A DNA stretch of 28,108 nucleotides from a virus (lineage: Duplodnaviria > Heunggongvirae > Uroviricota > Caudoviricetes), in the IMG/VR virus record IMGVR_UViG_2534682170_000012; one strand, given 5' to 3'. Position 1 is the stretch's first letter, and the number at the start of each line of letters is the position of its first letter. The notes beneath the pieces were generated by a model that made no database searches, had not been told where the DNA came from, and was given only the letters and a program-made list of their open reading frames with translations. Position numbers and translations under genes: made by a program. Shown one piece after another: positions 15,762 through 26,311 of this stretch.

Positions 15762-16562
15762 ATGATTACTCCTGCACAGCAACACTGGCAGAACGTGATG
15801 GCACAGCGCGCAGGCCGGGCGAATGAAGGCGTGGACCACGCCGCGCGTACCGCGCATGAAGAGGTGCTGTATCGTCTGCGTCTGGCACAGGCCCGACTTA
15901 AGGGGGTACAGGCCAGAAGCGCGAAAGCCGCCATCAAAAAAGAGTTGTTGCCGGACTTTTCCGGCTGGATTGAGGGAACGCTGGAGGCTGACGGCGGGCA
16001 GCAGGATGAAGTGATTGCCACGCTGATGGTGTGGGCAATTGACTGCGGCGATCTTCCGCTTGCGCTGCGTATTGGTGCGTATGTGGTCCGTCACAACCTC
16101 ATCATGCCGGATAACTTTGGCCGTACTGCTGCCACGGTACTGACCGAAGAAATCTGCAACCCGGTACTGACGCAGGCCGGGACGGATGCCGACGCGGATT
16201 TGTCCGCCTTTATCGAACCACTGGACACACTTTGGGAAATTGTCGCCAACCAGGATATGCCGGACGAAGTGCGAGCCAAATTATGCAAGGCGTGCGCCTT
16301 TGCCCGCCGTAGCCTGAGCGATGCGGACAGCATGGCCTCATCACTGAAGCTGCTGCGCGAAGCGATGCACCTGAACCCGAACGCAGGTGTGAAACGCGAG
16401 ATTGCAACCCTTTCCCGCGCTCTGAAAAAAGCCGATTCCGCAGCCGCACCAGAAGATGCCAGCACACCACAGGCGCAGAACGAAAGCAGCAAAAGTAAAA
16501 AGACAACGCGGAAGCCTGCAACACGAAAAACCACCGCGACGCAGAAGGCGAAGCGCGGTTAA
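15762..16562 (+). CDS. M: Terminase small (endonuclease) subunit, P2 gpM family
   Basis: 266 aa; ELLPDF, MPDEVRAKL and AGVKREI segments and the basic K/R-rich C-terminus match gpM. Confidence 0.85.
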   Translation: MITPAQQHWQNVMAQRAGRANEGVDHAARTAHEEVLYRLRLAQARLKGVQARSAKAAIKKELLPDFSGWIEGTLEADGGQQDEVIATLMVWAIDCGDLPLALRIGAYVVRHNLIMPDNFGRTAATVLTEEICNPVLTQAGTDADADLSAFIEPLDTLWEIVANQDMPDEVRAKLCKACAFARRSLSDADSMASSLKLLREAMHLNPNAGVKREIATLSRALKKADSAAAPEDASTPQAQNESSKSKKTTRKPATRKTTATQKAKRG

Positions 16563-16663
16563 CGACTGACCCCGTCAGCGGGCGGCGTGCGCGGTGTTCC
16601 GGTTTGACTCCGTGACCGTTTACACCGCGCACCCACCGCCCGATTTTTTCAGGAGTGAACCCC

Positions 16664-17158
16664 ATGAGTATGGTTGCCAGAACCAACCCCGGACCCGCAG
16701 AGGACGACATCACCGATACCGATGATGGTGATACCCGTATTTCAGCGGGTGCATTCTGGCCGGATATTGTGCTGCGTGAGCTGCGTCTGGCGGTACGACT
16801 GCCGGGGCGCGTGACCACCTCCCGCCTGCTGCATACCGCCACCGGGGCGGTGGCTCACGTTACCCGCGAGCTGGAAGCATGGCAGCAGGAACAGCAGGCG
16901 GCTGGCCATCAGACGCTGGCCGATGTTCCGGCACCCGTAATTAACGGAGAAAGCGTCAATCTCTGGCACTGGCGCAATGCCGTTTATACCGCCACACGCG
17001 CCCTGATTCTGGAGCGTTACCGCGATGCGGACACAACGGATAAGGGCGACCGCCGGGCGGACGCACTGGATATACAGACATCGGATTTGTGGCGCGATGT
17101 GAGCTGGGCCATCTCTGACATTCTGCGCCGCCCGCGAATTTTTGCGGAGTTGTGCTGA
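16664..17158 (+). CDS. L: Head completion/stabilisation protein, P2 gpL family
   Basis: AFWPDI, LAEVPAP.INGESVN and ERYRD segments match gpL. Start taken at the ATG at 16664 (AGGAG RBS at 16651-16655). Confidence 0.85.
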   Translation: MSMVARTNPGPAEDDITDTDDGDTRISAGAFWPDIVLRELRLAVRLPGRVTTSRLLHTATGAVAHVTRELEAWQQEQQAAGHQTLADVPAPVINGESVNLWHWRNAVYTATRALILERYRDADTTDKGDRRADALDIQTSDLWRDVSWAISDILRRPRIFAELC

Positions 17159-17358
17159 TGAAAGTGAAGGCACTGGAAGGCGACACCGTGGATTCGCTCT
17201 GTTTCCGGTACTACGGCACGACGCAGGGCGTCACCGAAAAGGTGCTGGATGCCAACCCCGGACTCTGTCAGCAGGTATTTCTGGACGCCGGGCAGGACGT
17301 GGAGATGCCGGAGCCGGAGAAGAAGAAACGAGAAATGATTCAGTTGTGGGGGGAGTAG
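17158..17358 (+). CDS. X: Tail protein, P2 gpX family
   Basis: ALEGDTVDSLCFRYYG...ANPGL matches gpX; ATG overlaps the gpL stop. Confidence 0.8.
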   Translation: MKVKALEGDTVDSLCFRYYGTTQGVTEKVLDANPGLCQQVFLDAGQDVEMPEPEKKKREMIQLWGE

Positions 17359-17360
17359 CA

Positions 17361-17684
17361 GTGAGCACCATTCAAACAGGGATCACAGAGCAGGTTATTG
17401 CGTGGCTCTTTGACCACCTGCCAACGGTGTATGCAGTAGGCGCGGCAGTCAGCATTTCCGCGCTGATGAGTCTTTATGACGGACGAACACTGGTTCAGAC
17501 CGTAACGGGATCGCTGGCGTGCGGCGTTCTTGCCATGGCCGTGGCCGGGTCGTTGCGCTTCTTCGGGTTTCCTGAAGATGCCGTGACGTTTATCGGCGCA
17601 TCAATCGGTTTTATGGGCGCAGAGAAAGCACGCGACAAGGTTATTGCGGCCTTTAATCGCAGGGGGAAGGAGAAGGACGAATGA
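17361..17684 (+). CDS. Putative holin
   Basis: GTG start directly after the gpX stop; about 107 aa with hydrophobic helices (AVGAAVSISALMSLY, LACGVLAMAVAGSL) and a charged C-terminus. Immediately upstream of the endolysin. Confidence 0.6.
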   Translation: MSTIQTGITEQVIAWLFDHLPTVYAVGAAVSISALMSLYDGRTLVQTVTGSLACGVLAMAVAGSLRFFGFPEDAVTFIGASIGFMGAEKARDKVIAAFNRRGKEKDE

Positions 17685-18073
17685 GCAACACATTTAAATT
17701 CAGCAGCCGGAGCGAAAAGAATTTGCAGGGCGTAAATCCTGATCTGGTGAAAGTGACCCGACGGGCACTGGAAATTTCGGAAGTGGATTTTGGTATCACC
17801 GAAGGGTTGCGCAGCCGTTACCGCCAGAAGCAACTTGTGGCCACAGGTAAGAGCCAGACCATGAACAGCCGCCACCTTACGGGACATGCCGTGGATGTTG
17901 TGGCTTATATCGGCAGCCAGGTGTCATGGGAATGGCCGCTGTACGAAAAAATCGCAGCAGCATTCAGACAGGCCAGCCGGGAGCTGAATATTCCGGTGGA
18001 ATGGGGCGGCGACTGGAAGACCCTGAAAGACGGACCGCATTTTCAGTTACCACACGGAGTCTATCCGGCATGA
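17681..18073 (+). CDS. Endolysin, peptidase M15-like (L-alanyl-D-glutamate peptidase type)
   Basis: 130 aa; SRHLTGHAVDV and WGGDW motifs are typical of zinc peptidase M15 phage endolysins. Lysis-cassette position. Confidence 0.75.
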   Translation: MSNTFKFSSRSEKNLQGVNPDLVKVTRRALEISEVDFGITEGLRSRYRQKQLVATGKSQTMNSRHLTGHAVDVVAYIGSQVSWEWPLYEKIAAAFRQASRELNIPVEWGGDWKTLKDGPHFQLPHGVYPA

Positions 18074-18477
18074 AGCTCTGGCCCACGCTGGGTGTCGCTT
18101 TCCTTCTGATTGCCGCATGGGGAACATCCATGCGTCTGTCATGGTCGCTGGGCCGGGAGAACGCCAGAAACGAAGCGCAGGCCAGCACCCTGAAACGTAC
18201 CGCCGACACCCTGAATATCATTAGCGCCGGGGTACAGGATATGCAGCAGGTGCTGGCGCAACTCCGCGTGGAAAATCAGCAACGCAATCAGGACGGAGAG
18301 GCAAGACGTGAACAGCTACGCAACGATATTGCAAAAGATGAATGCGCCCACGCTTTGCCTGACGCTCGTTTTACTGACAGGCTGCGCAGGCACGCAGAAC
18401 GCGCCACGGCCAGCGCCGTCAGTCCGGCTTATACCGCAGACGCTGACCATACCGGTAACGCCTCCCCCCTTCCCTGA
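18070..18477 (+). CDS. Spanin inner-membrane subunit (LysB/Rz-like)
   Basis: ATG overlaps the endolysin stop; N-terminal TM LWPTLGVAFLLIAAWG followed by a charged coiled-coil-like region. The ORF-track start at 17926 is rejected. Confidence 0.6.
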   Translation: MKLWPTLGVAFLLIAAWGTSMRLSWSLGRENARNEAQASTLKRTADTLNIISAGVQDMQQVLAQLRVENQQRNQDGEARREQLRNDIAKDECAHALPDARFTDRLRRHAERATASAVSPAYTADADHTGNASPLP

Positions 18478-18628
18478 CACTCCCACATGGGGAAATCTCG
18501 GTATATGGGGCGACCGCCTTCTGGATGCACTGGAAACCTGTAACGCGGATAAACGGGCCATTGAATTACTGGAACAGCGCAGGCTGCAACGACTGAACAA
18601 CGAGGACAACAACCATGCTGAAAACTGA
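18338..18628 (+). CDS. Spanin outer-membrane lipoprotein subunit (LysC/Rz1-like), overlapping the i-spanin in another frame
   Basis: Internal Met followed by lipobox LLTGCAG; Pro-rich mature part; overlapping arrangement as for P2 lysB/lysC. Confidence 0.55.
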   Translation: MNAPTLCLTLVLLTGCAGTQNAPRPAPSVRLIPQTLTIPVTPPPFPDTPTWGNLGIWGDRLLDALETCNADKRAIELLEQRRLQRLNNEDNNHAEN

Positions 18629-19082
18629 TTCCCTGCGTGAAGCCATGACCCGTTCATGCCGATGGTGTCAGGCCAACCCGGAAAAATTCACCATTTTCGT
18701 GGAGAGCGGCAACATTGAAACGACCGGAGAAACGCCCTCGTTTGTTTACCGCTATCAGATGGTGATGTTTGTCATGGATTACGCCGGGGAGCTGGACGAC
18801 CTCACGCTGCCGCTACTGGCGTGGTTATCCGAAAATCAGCCACAGTTGTTGCTCAATCCGGAGCGTAATCAGGACATCAAATTTTCCGCCGTTATCAATG
18901 ACGATGACAGCGCCGATCTCCTGTTTACGCTCCCCCTGCGGGAACGCGTTCGCATTACGCGCAGCAGTCAGGGTACACCGCAGGCAGAACACCTGCCAGA
19001 GCCAAAACCCCGTCTGCCCTCTTCCGAAGGCGACTGGTCGCATGTATTCCAGGATGTGACGTGGGGTGAAAGCGATGGATAA
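18615..19082 (+). CDS. R: Tail completion protein, P2 gpR family
   Basis: MLKTDSLR...VPVLAWL-like segment (LPLLAWLSENQP) matches gpR. Confidence 0.8.
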   Translation: MLKTDSLREAMTRSCRWCQANPEKFTIFVESGNIETTGETPSFVYRYQMVMFVMDYAGELDDLTLPLLAWLSENQPQLLLNPERNQDIKFSAVINDDDSADLLFTLPLRERVRITRSSQGTPQAEHLPEPKPRLPSSEGDWSHVFQDVTWGESDG

Positions 19083-19710
19083 GGCATTCACCCGTGTGGA
19101 TGAAACCTTTGAGGCCATCCGCGACAGCCTGAATCAGCAGGTCATCAATAACATCGCCAGAAAGCTGGCACAGGATTTACGCCGCGCCCAGCAGGCACGT
19201 ATCCGGTCACAGAAAGCGCCGGACGGGACCGCGTGGACACCTCGCAGACGCCGCGTAACCCGGATACAGGAGCGCATTCGCTTTATCTGGAATAACGAAG
19301 CACGCACGCTGAAAAACTGGCATCACGACACGGGGAAATACGGGCGAACCATTACCGGGTGGGATGAGGATAAAAACAATATCCGCACGTTTTACCGGGA
19401 TGACATCGACCGTTTTCTGGAAATACGCACCCGGCGCATCAACCAGGACAGCACAAAGCGCGTCCCCATGTTCGTAAAACTGCGCACCGCCCGCTACCTG
19501 AAAGCCCGTGCAGATGCTTCCGGTGTGACGGTGGGTTACAGCGGCGTGGCCGCACGTATTGCACGCGTTCATCAGTTCGGTGAGCGCGATCAGGTTGCGC
19601 CGGGCATTTTCACCGATTACCCGGTACGTGAGCTGCTGGGTATCAGCCAGGCAGATGAGCGCCTGATTTATAACACGGTGCTGGGTCGGATTGCGGAGGC
19701 TGTACGGTGA
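19066..19710 (+). CDS. S: Tail completion / virion morphogenesis protein, P2 gpS position
   Basis: 214 aa ORF between R and V; assigned by position and size. Start could be the ATG at 19075. Confidence 0.65.
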   Translation: MKAMDKAFTRVDETFEAIRDSLNQQVINNIARKLAQDLRRAQQARIRSQKAPDGTAWTPRRRRVTRIQERIRFIWNNEARTLKNWHHDTGKYGRTITGWDEDKNNIRTFYRDDIDRFLEIRTRRINQDSTKRVPMFVKLRTARYLKARADASGVTVGYSGVAARIARVHQFGERDQVAPGIFTDYPVRELLGISQADERLIYNTVLGRIAEAVR

Positions 19711-20288
19711 GCGCAGAACTCATGCGACTGCTGAGCAATATCATCCGTACCGGGATCATCTCTGAAGTTGATGAGAAGTCCTGGCGCGTGCGCGTTCGCA
19801 GCGGCGGACTGGAAACAGGCTGGCTGCGCTGGAACACCACGCGCGCGGGAGCCTTCAATGTGTGGCTGCCGCCATCACCCGGCGAACAGGTGGTAATTGC
19901 CTGCATTGGCGGCAACCCGGAAACCGCCATGATAATTGGCAGCCTGTGGAGTGATGCCAGTCCGCCCCCCGGCAAAAGCCTGAAAGAAATCGTGGTCAGC
20001 GCGCCGGACGGCGCGGTGTTCCGCTACGACGCGGACGCAGGCGCGCTGAGCGCCAGCGGCATGAAAACAGCCACCCTGCAGGCATCCGTCAGCGTGACAC
20101 TGGACGCGCCCGTCGTGGAATGCACAGACCTTCTGAGAACAGCGACGCTTGACGTCACAAAAGGGGGAAAGATGAGCGGCAATATCACGCACAGCGGCGG
20201 CGATTTCACCTCAAACGGCATCACAGTGCATACGCATAAACACGGTGGCGTGAAAGGCGGCAGCGATTCGACAGGAGGCCCGCAGTGA
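19707..20288 (+). CDS. V: Baseplate spike/assembly protein, P2 gpV family
   Basis: IRTGII, GEQV, PDGAV and HTHKH segments match gpV; GTG start overlaps the S stop. Confidence 0.88.
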   Translation: MSAELMRLLSNIIRTGIISEVDEKSWRVRVRSGGLETGWLRWNTTRAGAFNVWLPPSPGEQVVIACIGGNPETAMIIGSLWSDASPPPGKSLKEIVVSAPDGAVFRYDADAGALSASGMKTATLQASVSVTLDAPVVECTDLLRTATLDVTKGGKMSGNITHSGGDFTSNGITVHTHKHGGVKGGSDSTGGPQ

Positions 20289-20635
20289 CAACCCGCTACA
20301 CAGGAATGAATCCGGACGGGACGGGAAACCTGAACGATATGGAGCACCTGAAACAGTCAGTCAGGGACATCCTGACCACCCCGCTGGCAAGCCGGGTTAT
20401 GCGACGGGAATATGGCAGCCTTGTGCCTGATTTGATTGACGAACCCATGAATAACACCACGCGTCTGCAATGCATGAGTGCTGCCGTGATTGCGCTGACA
20501 CGATGGGAACCCCGCATTGCCCTGGATGCCATCGACGTTGTCTGGAAGGCAGGAGGCCGCGCCGGGGTGACGCTGTCGGGCACTGTCATGCAGACCATGC
20601 AGAATGTTGAATTAACCATCACGCTAAGGGAGTAA
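20285..20635 (+). CDS. W: Baseplate protein, P2 gpW family
   Basis: MTTRYTGMN...SRVMRREYGSL matches gpW (MTARYLGMN...SRVMRRDYGSL). Confidence 0.88.
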   Translation: MTTRYTGMNPDGTGNLNDMEHLKQSVRDILTTPLASRVMRREYGSLVPDLIDEPMNNTTRLQCMSAAVIALTRWEPRIALDAIDVVWKAGGRAGVTLSGTVMQTMQNVELTITLRE

Positions 20636-20638
20636 ATC

Positions 20639-21535
20639 ATGCCCGCCGTTGACCTTTCACAGTTACCGGACCCCGCCATCATCGCGGAGCCTGACTTTGA
20701 GGCAATTCTGGCTGACACAAAGGCCATGATGATTGCGGCTTATCCCGCCGAACAGCGTGAAGCCGTCTCCGCCGCGCTGGAGCTGGAATCGGAACCCCTG
20801 AACGTTATCGCCCAGACAACAGCGTTTCGTGAAATGCTGTTACGCCAGCGGGTCAATGAGGGTGCACGCGCCTGCATGTTAAGCCACAGCGCCGGGACAG
20901 ACCTGGACAACCTCGCGGGCAATATGAACACAAAGCGCCTGGTTATCACTCCGGCAACGAATACCACCGACGCGGTGATGGAAAGCGACACCTCGCTGAG
21001 ACTGCGGGCGCAACGGGCGTACGACGGCCTGAGTGTTGCTGGCCCGTCAGGTGCATACGAGTATTTTGCCCGCAGCGCCAGCGGTCTGGTGCGTGATGCG
21101 CGGGCTATCAGTCCGTCTCCGGCAAATGTGACGGTTTCCATCCTGTCCACTGAAGGCGACGGCACAGCAACGGAGGCGTTGCTTAATACCGTTCGCGCCG
21201 TTCTGAATGCAGAGGATACCCGCCCGGTGGCCGACCGCCTGACCGTACAGAGTGCCAGAATCGTGACATGGCGGCTGAATGCAAAACTGTACTTTTACCC
21301 CGGCCCGGAATCCGAACCTATTCTGGCCGCGGCGGAATCGTCGTTCAGCAAGTGGCTGGCTGAGCAGGGGCTTATCGGTCAGGACGTGGCGTTATCCGCC
21401 ATTGCTGCCGCACTGCATGTGCACGGTGTGCAACGCGTGGAGATAATCGAACCCACACAGAATATGGCCATCAGCGACATACAGGCGGCGCGCTGTGAGT
21501 CGTTCACCATCAGCGAAGGTGGGCGCAATGAGTAA
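20639..21535 (+). CDS. J: Baseplate protein, P2 gpJ family
   Basis: 298 aa; LESEPL, RPVADR(L)TVQSA, YPGPESEPI and GVQRVE segments match gpJ. Confidence 0.88.
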   Translation: MPAVDLSQLPDPAIIAEPDFEAILADTKAMMIAAYPAEQREAVSAALELESEPLNVIAQTTAFREMLLRQRVNEGARACMLSHSAGTDLDNLAGNMNTKRLVITPATNTTDAVMESDTSLRLRAQRAYDGLSVAGPSGAYEYFARSASGLVRDARAISPSPANVTVSILSTEGDGTATEALLNTVRAVLNAEDTRPVADRLTVQSARIVTWRLNAKLYFYPGPESEPILAAAESSFSKWLAEQGLIGQDVALSAIAAALHVHGVQRVEIIEPTQNMAISDIQAARCESFTISEGGRNE

Positions 21536-22058
21536 TTCGCTGTTACCACCATCAGCCAGCAATTTCATGCGTTGCGCCGAAGCTGTCGGAGCGCGCATTA
21601 CAAACATCCCGGTAGACCTCAACACGCTGTGGTCACCGGATACCTGCCCGGTGCATCTGCTGCCTTATCTCGCCTGGGCATTTTCCGTTGACCGCTGGGA
21701 TCGCAACTGGCCGGAAGAGACAAAGCGACAGGTTATTCGTGATGCATGGCTGATACACCGACACAAAGGGACCATCAGCGCACTGCGCCGGGCCATTGAG
21801 CCGCTGGGATACCTCATTCGCGTGTCTGAGTGGTGGGAGTTCGGCGGAGAACCGGGAACATTTACCGTTGAAGTCGGCACGCTGGACAGTGGCGTGACGG
21901 AGGAAATGTATCTGGAAATGGAGCGGTTGATTGCTGATGCCCGCCCGGTCAGCCGCCACATGACAGGGCTGAATATCATTCAGGAAATTCCGGGGGATAT
22001 TTTCGCAGCGGCGGCAACTTATGACGGTGAAGTTATTACCATTTATCCAGGCGATTAA
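21528..22058 (+). CDS. I: Baseplate/tail protein, P2 gpI family
   Basis: Start taken at MSNSLLPP, overlapping the J stop; PDTCP..LLP.LAWAFSVDRWD and HKGTI segments match gpI. Confidence 0.85.
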   Translation: MSNSLLPPSASNFMRCAEAVGARITNIPVDLNTLWSPDTCPVHLLPYLAWAFSVDRWDRNWPEETKRQVIRDAWLIHRHKGTISALRRAIEPLGYLIRVSEWWEFGGEPGTFTVEVGTLDSGVTEEMYLEMERLIADARPVSRHMTGLNIIQEIPGDIFAAAATYDGEVITIYPGD

Positions 22059-22060
22059 GC

Positions 22061-24226
22061 ATGAGTACCACAACACGAAAATTTAAAACCGTTATCACCG
22101 ATACGGGTGCAAAAAAATTAGCTCAGGCAGCCGCGCCAGATGGTAAGCCTGTCCGCCTGACTCATATGGCCGTGGGCGACGGTGGCGGCGCGTTGCCCAC
22201 ACCAGACAGTAAGCAGACCCGTCTGGTGCATGAGGTGTGGCGACACACTGTTAATCGCGTCATCCTGGACGCAACACATCAGAACCGCATTATTGCGGAG
22301 CTGGTTATTCCTCCTGAAACGGGCGGATTCTGGATCCGGGAAATTGGTGTATTTGATGAGCACGGCGATTTAATCGCGGTGGGCAATACTGCCGAAAGTT
22401 ACAAACCAACCGTTGCCGAAGGGTCCGGACGTGCACAAACATTTCGCACTATTCTGACCGTATCCAGCACTGCCACCGTGGCGCTTACCGTGGATAACAC
22501 CATGGTGATGGCCACAGTGGATTACGTGGATGACAAACTGAAAGAGCATGAACAGTCACGACGTCACCCGGACGCCTCGCTGACCGCAAAAGGCTTTGTT
22601 CAACTCAGTAGCGCCACTAACAGCGATTCTGAAACGCTGGCTGCAACGCCGAAAGCGGTTAAGGCCGCGTATGACCTGGCTAACGGAAAATATACCGCTC
22701 AGGACGCCACGACGGCACGAAAAGGGATAGTCCAGCTCAGCAGTGCAACCAACAGCACGTCTGAAACGCTGGCAGCGACACCAAAAGCGGTTAAGGCGGT
22801 AATGGATGAAACGAACAAGAAAGCCCCATTAAACAGCCCGGCACTGACCGGAACGCCAACAACACCAACTGCACAACAGGGAACGAATAATACCCAAATC
22901 GCAAGCACGGCTTTTGTTATGGCCGCGATTGCCGCACTTGTAGACTCTTCACCTGACGCACTGAACACGCTGAACGAGCTGGCGGCGGCGCTGGGCAACG
23001 ACCCGAATTTTGCGACCACCATGACTAACGCGCTTGCGGGTAAGCAACCGAAAGATGCCACCCTGACGGCGCTGGCCGGGCTTGCTACTGCGGCAGACAG
23101 GTTTCCGTATTTTACGGGGAATGATGTTGCCAGTCTGGCAACCCTGACAGAAGTCGGGCGGGATATTCTTGCGAAATCGACCGTTGCCGCTGTTATCGAA
23201 TACCTCGGTTTACAGGAAACGGTAAACAGGGCTGGTAACGCCGTGCAAAAAAATGGCGATACCTTGTCCGGTGGGCTTACTTTTGAAAATGACTCAATCC
23301 TTGCCTGGATTCGAAATACTGACTGGGCGAAGATTGGATTTAAAAATGATGCCGATGGTGACACTGATTCATACATGTGGTTTGAAACAGGCGACAACGG
23401 CAATGAATATTTCAAATGGAGAAGCAAACAAAGCACCACAACAAAAGACCTGATGAATCTTAAATGGGATGCTTTGTCTGTCCTTGTTAAAGCCCTTTTC
23501 AGCAGTGAAGTAAAAATATCGACAGTCAATGCACTAAGGATATTTAATTCATCTTTTGGTGCTATTTTTCGCCGTTCTGAAGAATGTCTTCATATCATCC
23601 CTACCCGAGAAAATGAGGGGGAAAATGGCGATATAGGGCCACTACGCCCCTTTACGCTTAATCTCAGAACTGGTCGCATAACTATGGGGCATGGTCTGGA
23701 TGTTACAGGAGATATATTTGCAAACCGTTTTGCAATTAACAGTAGTACCGGCATGTGGATTCATATGCGTGACCAGAATGTTATTTTGGGACGCAATGCG
23801 GTATCCACCGATGGTGCACAGGCATTACTTCGTCAGGACCATGCTGATCGCAAATTTATGATTGGTGGGCTGGGAAATAAGCAATTTGGCATCTACATGA
23901 TTAATAACTCAAGGACAGCTAATGGCACCGATGGTCAGGCGTACATGGATAATAACGGGAACTGGCTTTGCGGCTCGCAAGTTATTCCCGGCAACTATGG
24001 CAATTTTGATTCCAGATATGTGAAAGATGTTCGACTTGGTTCACAGAAATATTATGGAGTGAACAACTGGCAAACATGGAATTTCCAGTGCCCGTCAGGT
24101 CATGTATTGTCTGGTATTAATGTTCAGGATACAGGGTCCAACTCTGCCGATAATATAGCGGGCGTTTATTGCAGACCCGTTCAAAAGTATATAAATGGCA
24201 CCTGGTATAATATAGCGAGCGTTTAA
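22061..24226 (+). CDS. H: Tail fibre protein, P2 gpH family, with variable C-terminal receptor-binding segment
   Basis: The N-terminal two-thirds is near-identical in long stretches to remembered P2 gpH ([23 protein letters not shown] repeats, [30 protein letters not shown]). The C-terminal third diverges and ends [11 protein letters not shown]. Confidence 0.9.
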   Translation: MSTTTRKFKTVITDTGAKKLAQAAAPDGKPVRLTHMAVGDGGGALPTPDSKQTRLVHEVWRHTVNRVILDATHQNRIIAELVIPPETGGFWIREIGVFDEHGDLIAVGNTAESYKPTVAEGSGRAQTFRTILTVSSTATVALTVDNTMVMATVDYVDDKLKEHEQSRRHPDASLTAKGFVQLSSATNSDSETLAATPKAVKAAYDLANGKYTAQDATTARKGIVQLSSATNSTSETLAATPKAVKAVMDETNKKAPLNSPALTGTPTTPTAQQGTNNTQIASTAFVMAAIAALVDSSPDALNTLNELAAALGNDPNFATTMTNALAGKQPKDATLTALAGLATAADRFPYFTGNDVASLATLTEVGRDILAKSTVAAVIEYLGLQETVNRAGNAVQKNGDTLSGGLTFENDSILAWIRNTDWAKIGFKNDADGDTDSYMWFETGDNGNEYFKWRSKQSTTTKDLMNLKWDALSVLVKALFSSEVKISTVNALRIFNSSFGAIFRRSEECLHIIPTRENEGENGDIGPLRPFTLNLRTGRITMGHGLDVTGDIFANRFAINSSTGMWIHMRDQNVILGRNAVSTDGAQALLRQDHADRKFMIGGLGNKQFGIYMINNSRTANGTDGQAYMDNNGNWLCGSQVIPGNYGNFDSRYVKDVRLGSQKYYGVNNWQTWNFQCPSGHVLSGINVQDTGSNSADNIAGVYCRPVQKYINGTWYNIASV
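23193..23218. repeat. gix/hix-like recombination site, left, inside the tail-fibre gene at the constant/variable junction
   Basis: TTATCGAATACCTCGGTTTACAGGAA matches the reverse complement of the right site at 24 of 26 positions. Confidence 0.7.
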
Positions 24227-24227
24227 T

Positions 24228-24755
24228 ATGATGCACTTAAAGAACATAAAAGCGGGTAATGCTAAAACACTGGAACAGTATGAGTTAACAAAGAAGCACG
24301 GAGTCATCTGGCTTTACTCTGAGGACGAAAAAAACTGGTATGAGGAAGTGAAAAACTTTCAGCCAGACACCATAAAGATTGTTTACGATAAAAATCAGAT
24401 TATAGTCGCTATCACCAGAGATGCTTCAACGCTTAATCCTGAAGGTTTTAGCGTTGTTGAGGTTCCTGATATTACCTCCAACCGACGTGCTGACGACTCA
24501 GGTAAATGGATGTTTAAGGATGGTGCTGTGGTTAAACGGATTTATACGACAGATGAGCAGCAACAACAGGCAGAATCACAAAAGGCCGCGTTACTTTCCG
24601 AAGCAGAAAGCGTTATTCAGCCACTGGAACGCGCCGTCAGGCTGAATATGGCGACGGATGAGGAACGCGCACGACTGGAGTCATGGGAACGCTACAGTGT
24701 TCTGGTCAGCCGTGTGGATACGGCAAATCCTGAATGGCCACAAAAGCCTGAATAA
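24228..24755 (+). CDS. G: Tail fibre assembly chaperone (P2 gpG / Tfa family)
   Basis: 175 aa directly after H; N-terminal region matches the inverted paralogue at 24784-25284. Confidence 0.85.
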   Translation: MMHLKNIKAGNAKTLEQYELTKKHGVIWLYSEDEKNWYEEVKNFQPDTIKIVYDKNQIIVAITRDASTLNPEGFSVVEVPDITSNRRADDSGKWMFKDGAVVKRIYTTDEQQQQAESQKAALLSEAESVIQPLERAVRLNMATDEERARLESWERYSVLVSRVDTANPEWPQKPE

Positions 24756-24760
24756 AAATT

Positions 24761-24780
24761 AAGGCCCGCTATCGGGCCTT
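24761..24780. terminator. Bidirectional hairpin terminator between the convergent fibre-chaperone genes
   Basis: Perfect inverted repeat AAGGCCCG-ctat-CGGGCCTT flanked by A/T-rich runs. Confidence 0.5.
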
Positions 24781-24783
24781 GTC

Positions 24784-25284
24784 TCATTCAGGTTGTTCGG
24801 GAAACGTTACTGGCAGGCTGGAAGTGTCTGTAGATTCGACTTTCTGCGCAAAGAGCATCCACTCTGTTAATTTTTGTTTATTCTCGTCGGAAATGATGCC
24901 CAGCCGTAGCTGTGAGTCCCATAGCTGGGTTTTATCCCTGACGAGCTGTAGCAGGCTTTGCTTTTCATTTTCCGCCTGCTGCCTCTGCTCTTCCTCGGTA
25001 TAAGTTCGCTTTACCACTACGCCATCTTTGAACATCCATTTACCCGAAATGTCAGCACGGCGATTTGCTGTAATATCAGGTAATTCAACGACGCTTGCGC
25101 CTTCCGGATTAATTGCTGAAACATCCTTTTCAATACAAATAATAACGCCGTTATGGCCATAGACCATTTTCAAAGTGTCTGGCTGGAAATTCTTTTGTTC
25201 CTCATACCAGTTTTTTCCATCATCTGAATAAAGCCATTTGATGTTAAATTGCTTTGTTAGCTGGTATTGCTCTTTCGTTCTCAA
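24784..25284 (-). CDS. Alternative tail fibre assembly chaperone (Tfa'), inverted orientation
   Basis: 166 aa; clearly paralogous to G ([31 protein letters not shown]). Confidence 0.8.
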   Translation of the reverse strand: MRTKEQYQLTKQFNIKWLYSDDGKNWYEEQKNFQPDTLKMVYGHNGVIICIEKDVSAINPEGASVVELPDITANRRADISGKWMFKDGVVVKRTYTEEEQRQQAENEKQSLLQLVRDKTQLWDSQLRLGIISDENKQKLTEWMLFAQKVESTDTSSLPVTFPEQPE

Positions 25285-25339
25285 AATCGGTGGAGCTGCA
25301 TGACAAAGTCATCGGGCATTATCTGAACATAAAACACTA

Positions 25340-26311
25340 TCAATAAGTTGGAGTCATTACCCCCGCGTTATACCACGTCCCATTAATGCAATACTGAATT
25401 GGCCTTGCCTGAGTTGTATCAATTAATTCATCACGGTTTCCGTTAACTGAACCCGTAACGACATAACCTGACCTGTCAGACCAGCCGGGGCCTTTCCATG
25501 TCTGAACAGATGACAGACCGCCAAGGCGAATACCTGTAATAAACCTTGAGTTACATTCTGCCTGCGTATATGCACCAACATCCCCCGCAGAGGGTTTGCG
25601 TGTTGTGGTGTAAAACTCTGACCAGTTAGCTTCAAAGCCATAACCATCACGCGCTGAACGATAAAAAATACCGCCGTTCCTGTAATTCACGCGGAACTGT
25701 ACAGCAGGGCAACTCCCCGCATTCATATTGAAGTGGAGGATTAATGTCGATGCACCACTGATATCTGCATCATAAACACCGCTATTCCAGTTCCAGCCAA
25801 CAGCTTTATCATTTGCGACCCTGCGTCCTGTTTGCCCTAAAGCAAATGCAGGCTGCTGGTTTTTCGTGTTGTAGTCTCGTCGCCAGCCAGGAGCGTAAGC
25901 ATCACCATGATTAATATAAGTGAATTGAGCGTTAGTAATTCCGCCACCGCTGGACGTGCTCGGCGTAGTAACGCGTATGGTCATTGCGCCGCGAGTGCCA
26001 ATAACTTCCACCACAGCACCTGCAAGACAAATATTTCCGCAACCTGTATCTGTAATAACCTTATTATTTGCATAAGCCCATGAGCCTTTGCACATCCAGT
26101 AAGGATGGTTAAATGCCCCCTGACTCTCCAGCCACGAAATAAATTGCGCAGTTGTCCAGACCTGACTATCGCCACCAATATTCAGCCATGCGCTATATGC
26201 GCGGCAGGCACCAATGTTTTTGGTGAAGGTATCTTTTCCCGGAATATCTGCGCCGTTCTGGTTTTTCTGTAATGCGCCAGAAGCCTGATTTACCGTTTCC
26301 TGTAAACCGAG
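25340..26311 (-). CDS. Alternative tail-fibre C-terminal segment, start-less; would be fused in frame to H after inversion
   Basis: Hand translation of the minus strand from the right gix site gives LGLQETVN, then a novel segment ending [15 protein letters not shown]. The codon just upstream is a stop, so it has no own start. The ORF-track ATG at 26095 is internal. Confidence 0.7.
   Translation of the reverse strand, partial: LGLQETVNQASGALQKNQNGADIPGKDTFTKNIGACRAYSAWLNIGGDSQVWTTAQFISWLESQGAFNHPYWMCKGSWAYANNKVITDTGCGNICLAGAVVEVIGTRGAMTIRVTTPSTSSGGGITNAQFTYINHGDAYAPGWRRDYNTKNQQPAFALGQTGRRVANDKAVGWNWNSGVYDADISGASTLILHFNMNAGSCPAVQFRVNYRNGGIFYRSARDGYGFEANWSEFYTTTRKPSAGDVGAYTQAECNSRFITGIRLGGLSSVQTWKGPGWSDRSGYVVTGSVNGNRDELIDTTQARPIQYCINGTWYNAGVMTPTY

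Noticed and set aside
17142-17684. 180-aa ORF-track reading frame starting at 17142
   Set aside because: Its first half overlaps gpX in another frame and is Arg/Gly-rich junk. Only the part from the GTG at 17361 looks like a real holin-type protein.
17926-18477. 183-aa ORF-track frame starting at 17926 inside the endolysin gene
   Set aside because: The upstream part overlaps the endolysin. The real gene most likely starts at the ATG at 18070 with the TM segment typical of an i-spanin.
22699-23529. 276-aa minus-strand ORF antisense to the tail fibre gene, and similar ORFs at 16210-16842 and 16742-17173
   Set aside because: Shadow ORFs inside confidently assigned structural genes; Ala/Ser-rich translations.
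25340-26095. ATG at 26095 as the start of an independent 251-aa gene
   Set aside because: The frame is open upstream to the gix site and preceded by a stop there. This is the start-less alternative fibre segment, not a free-standing gene.
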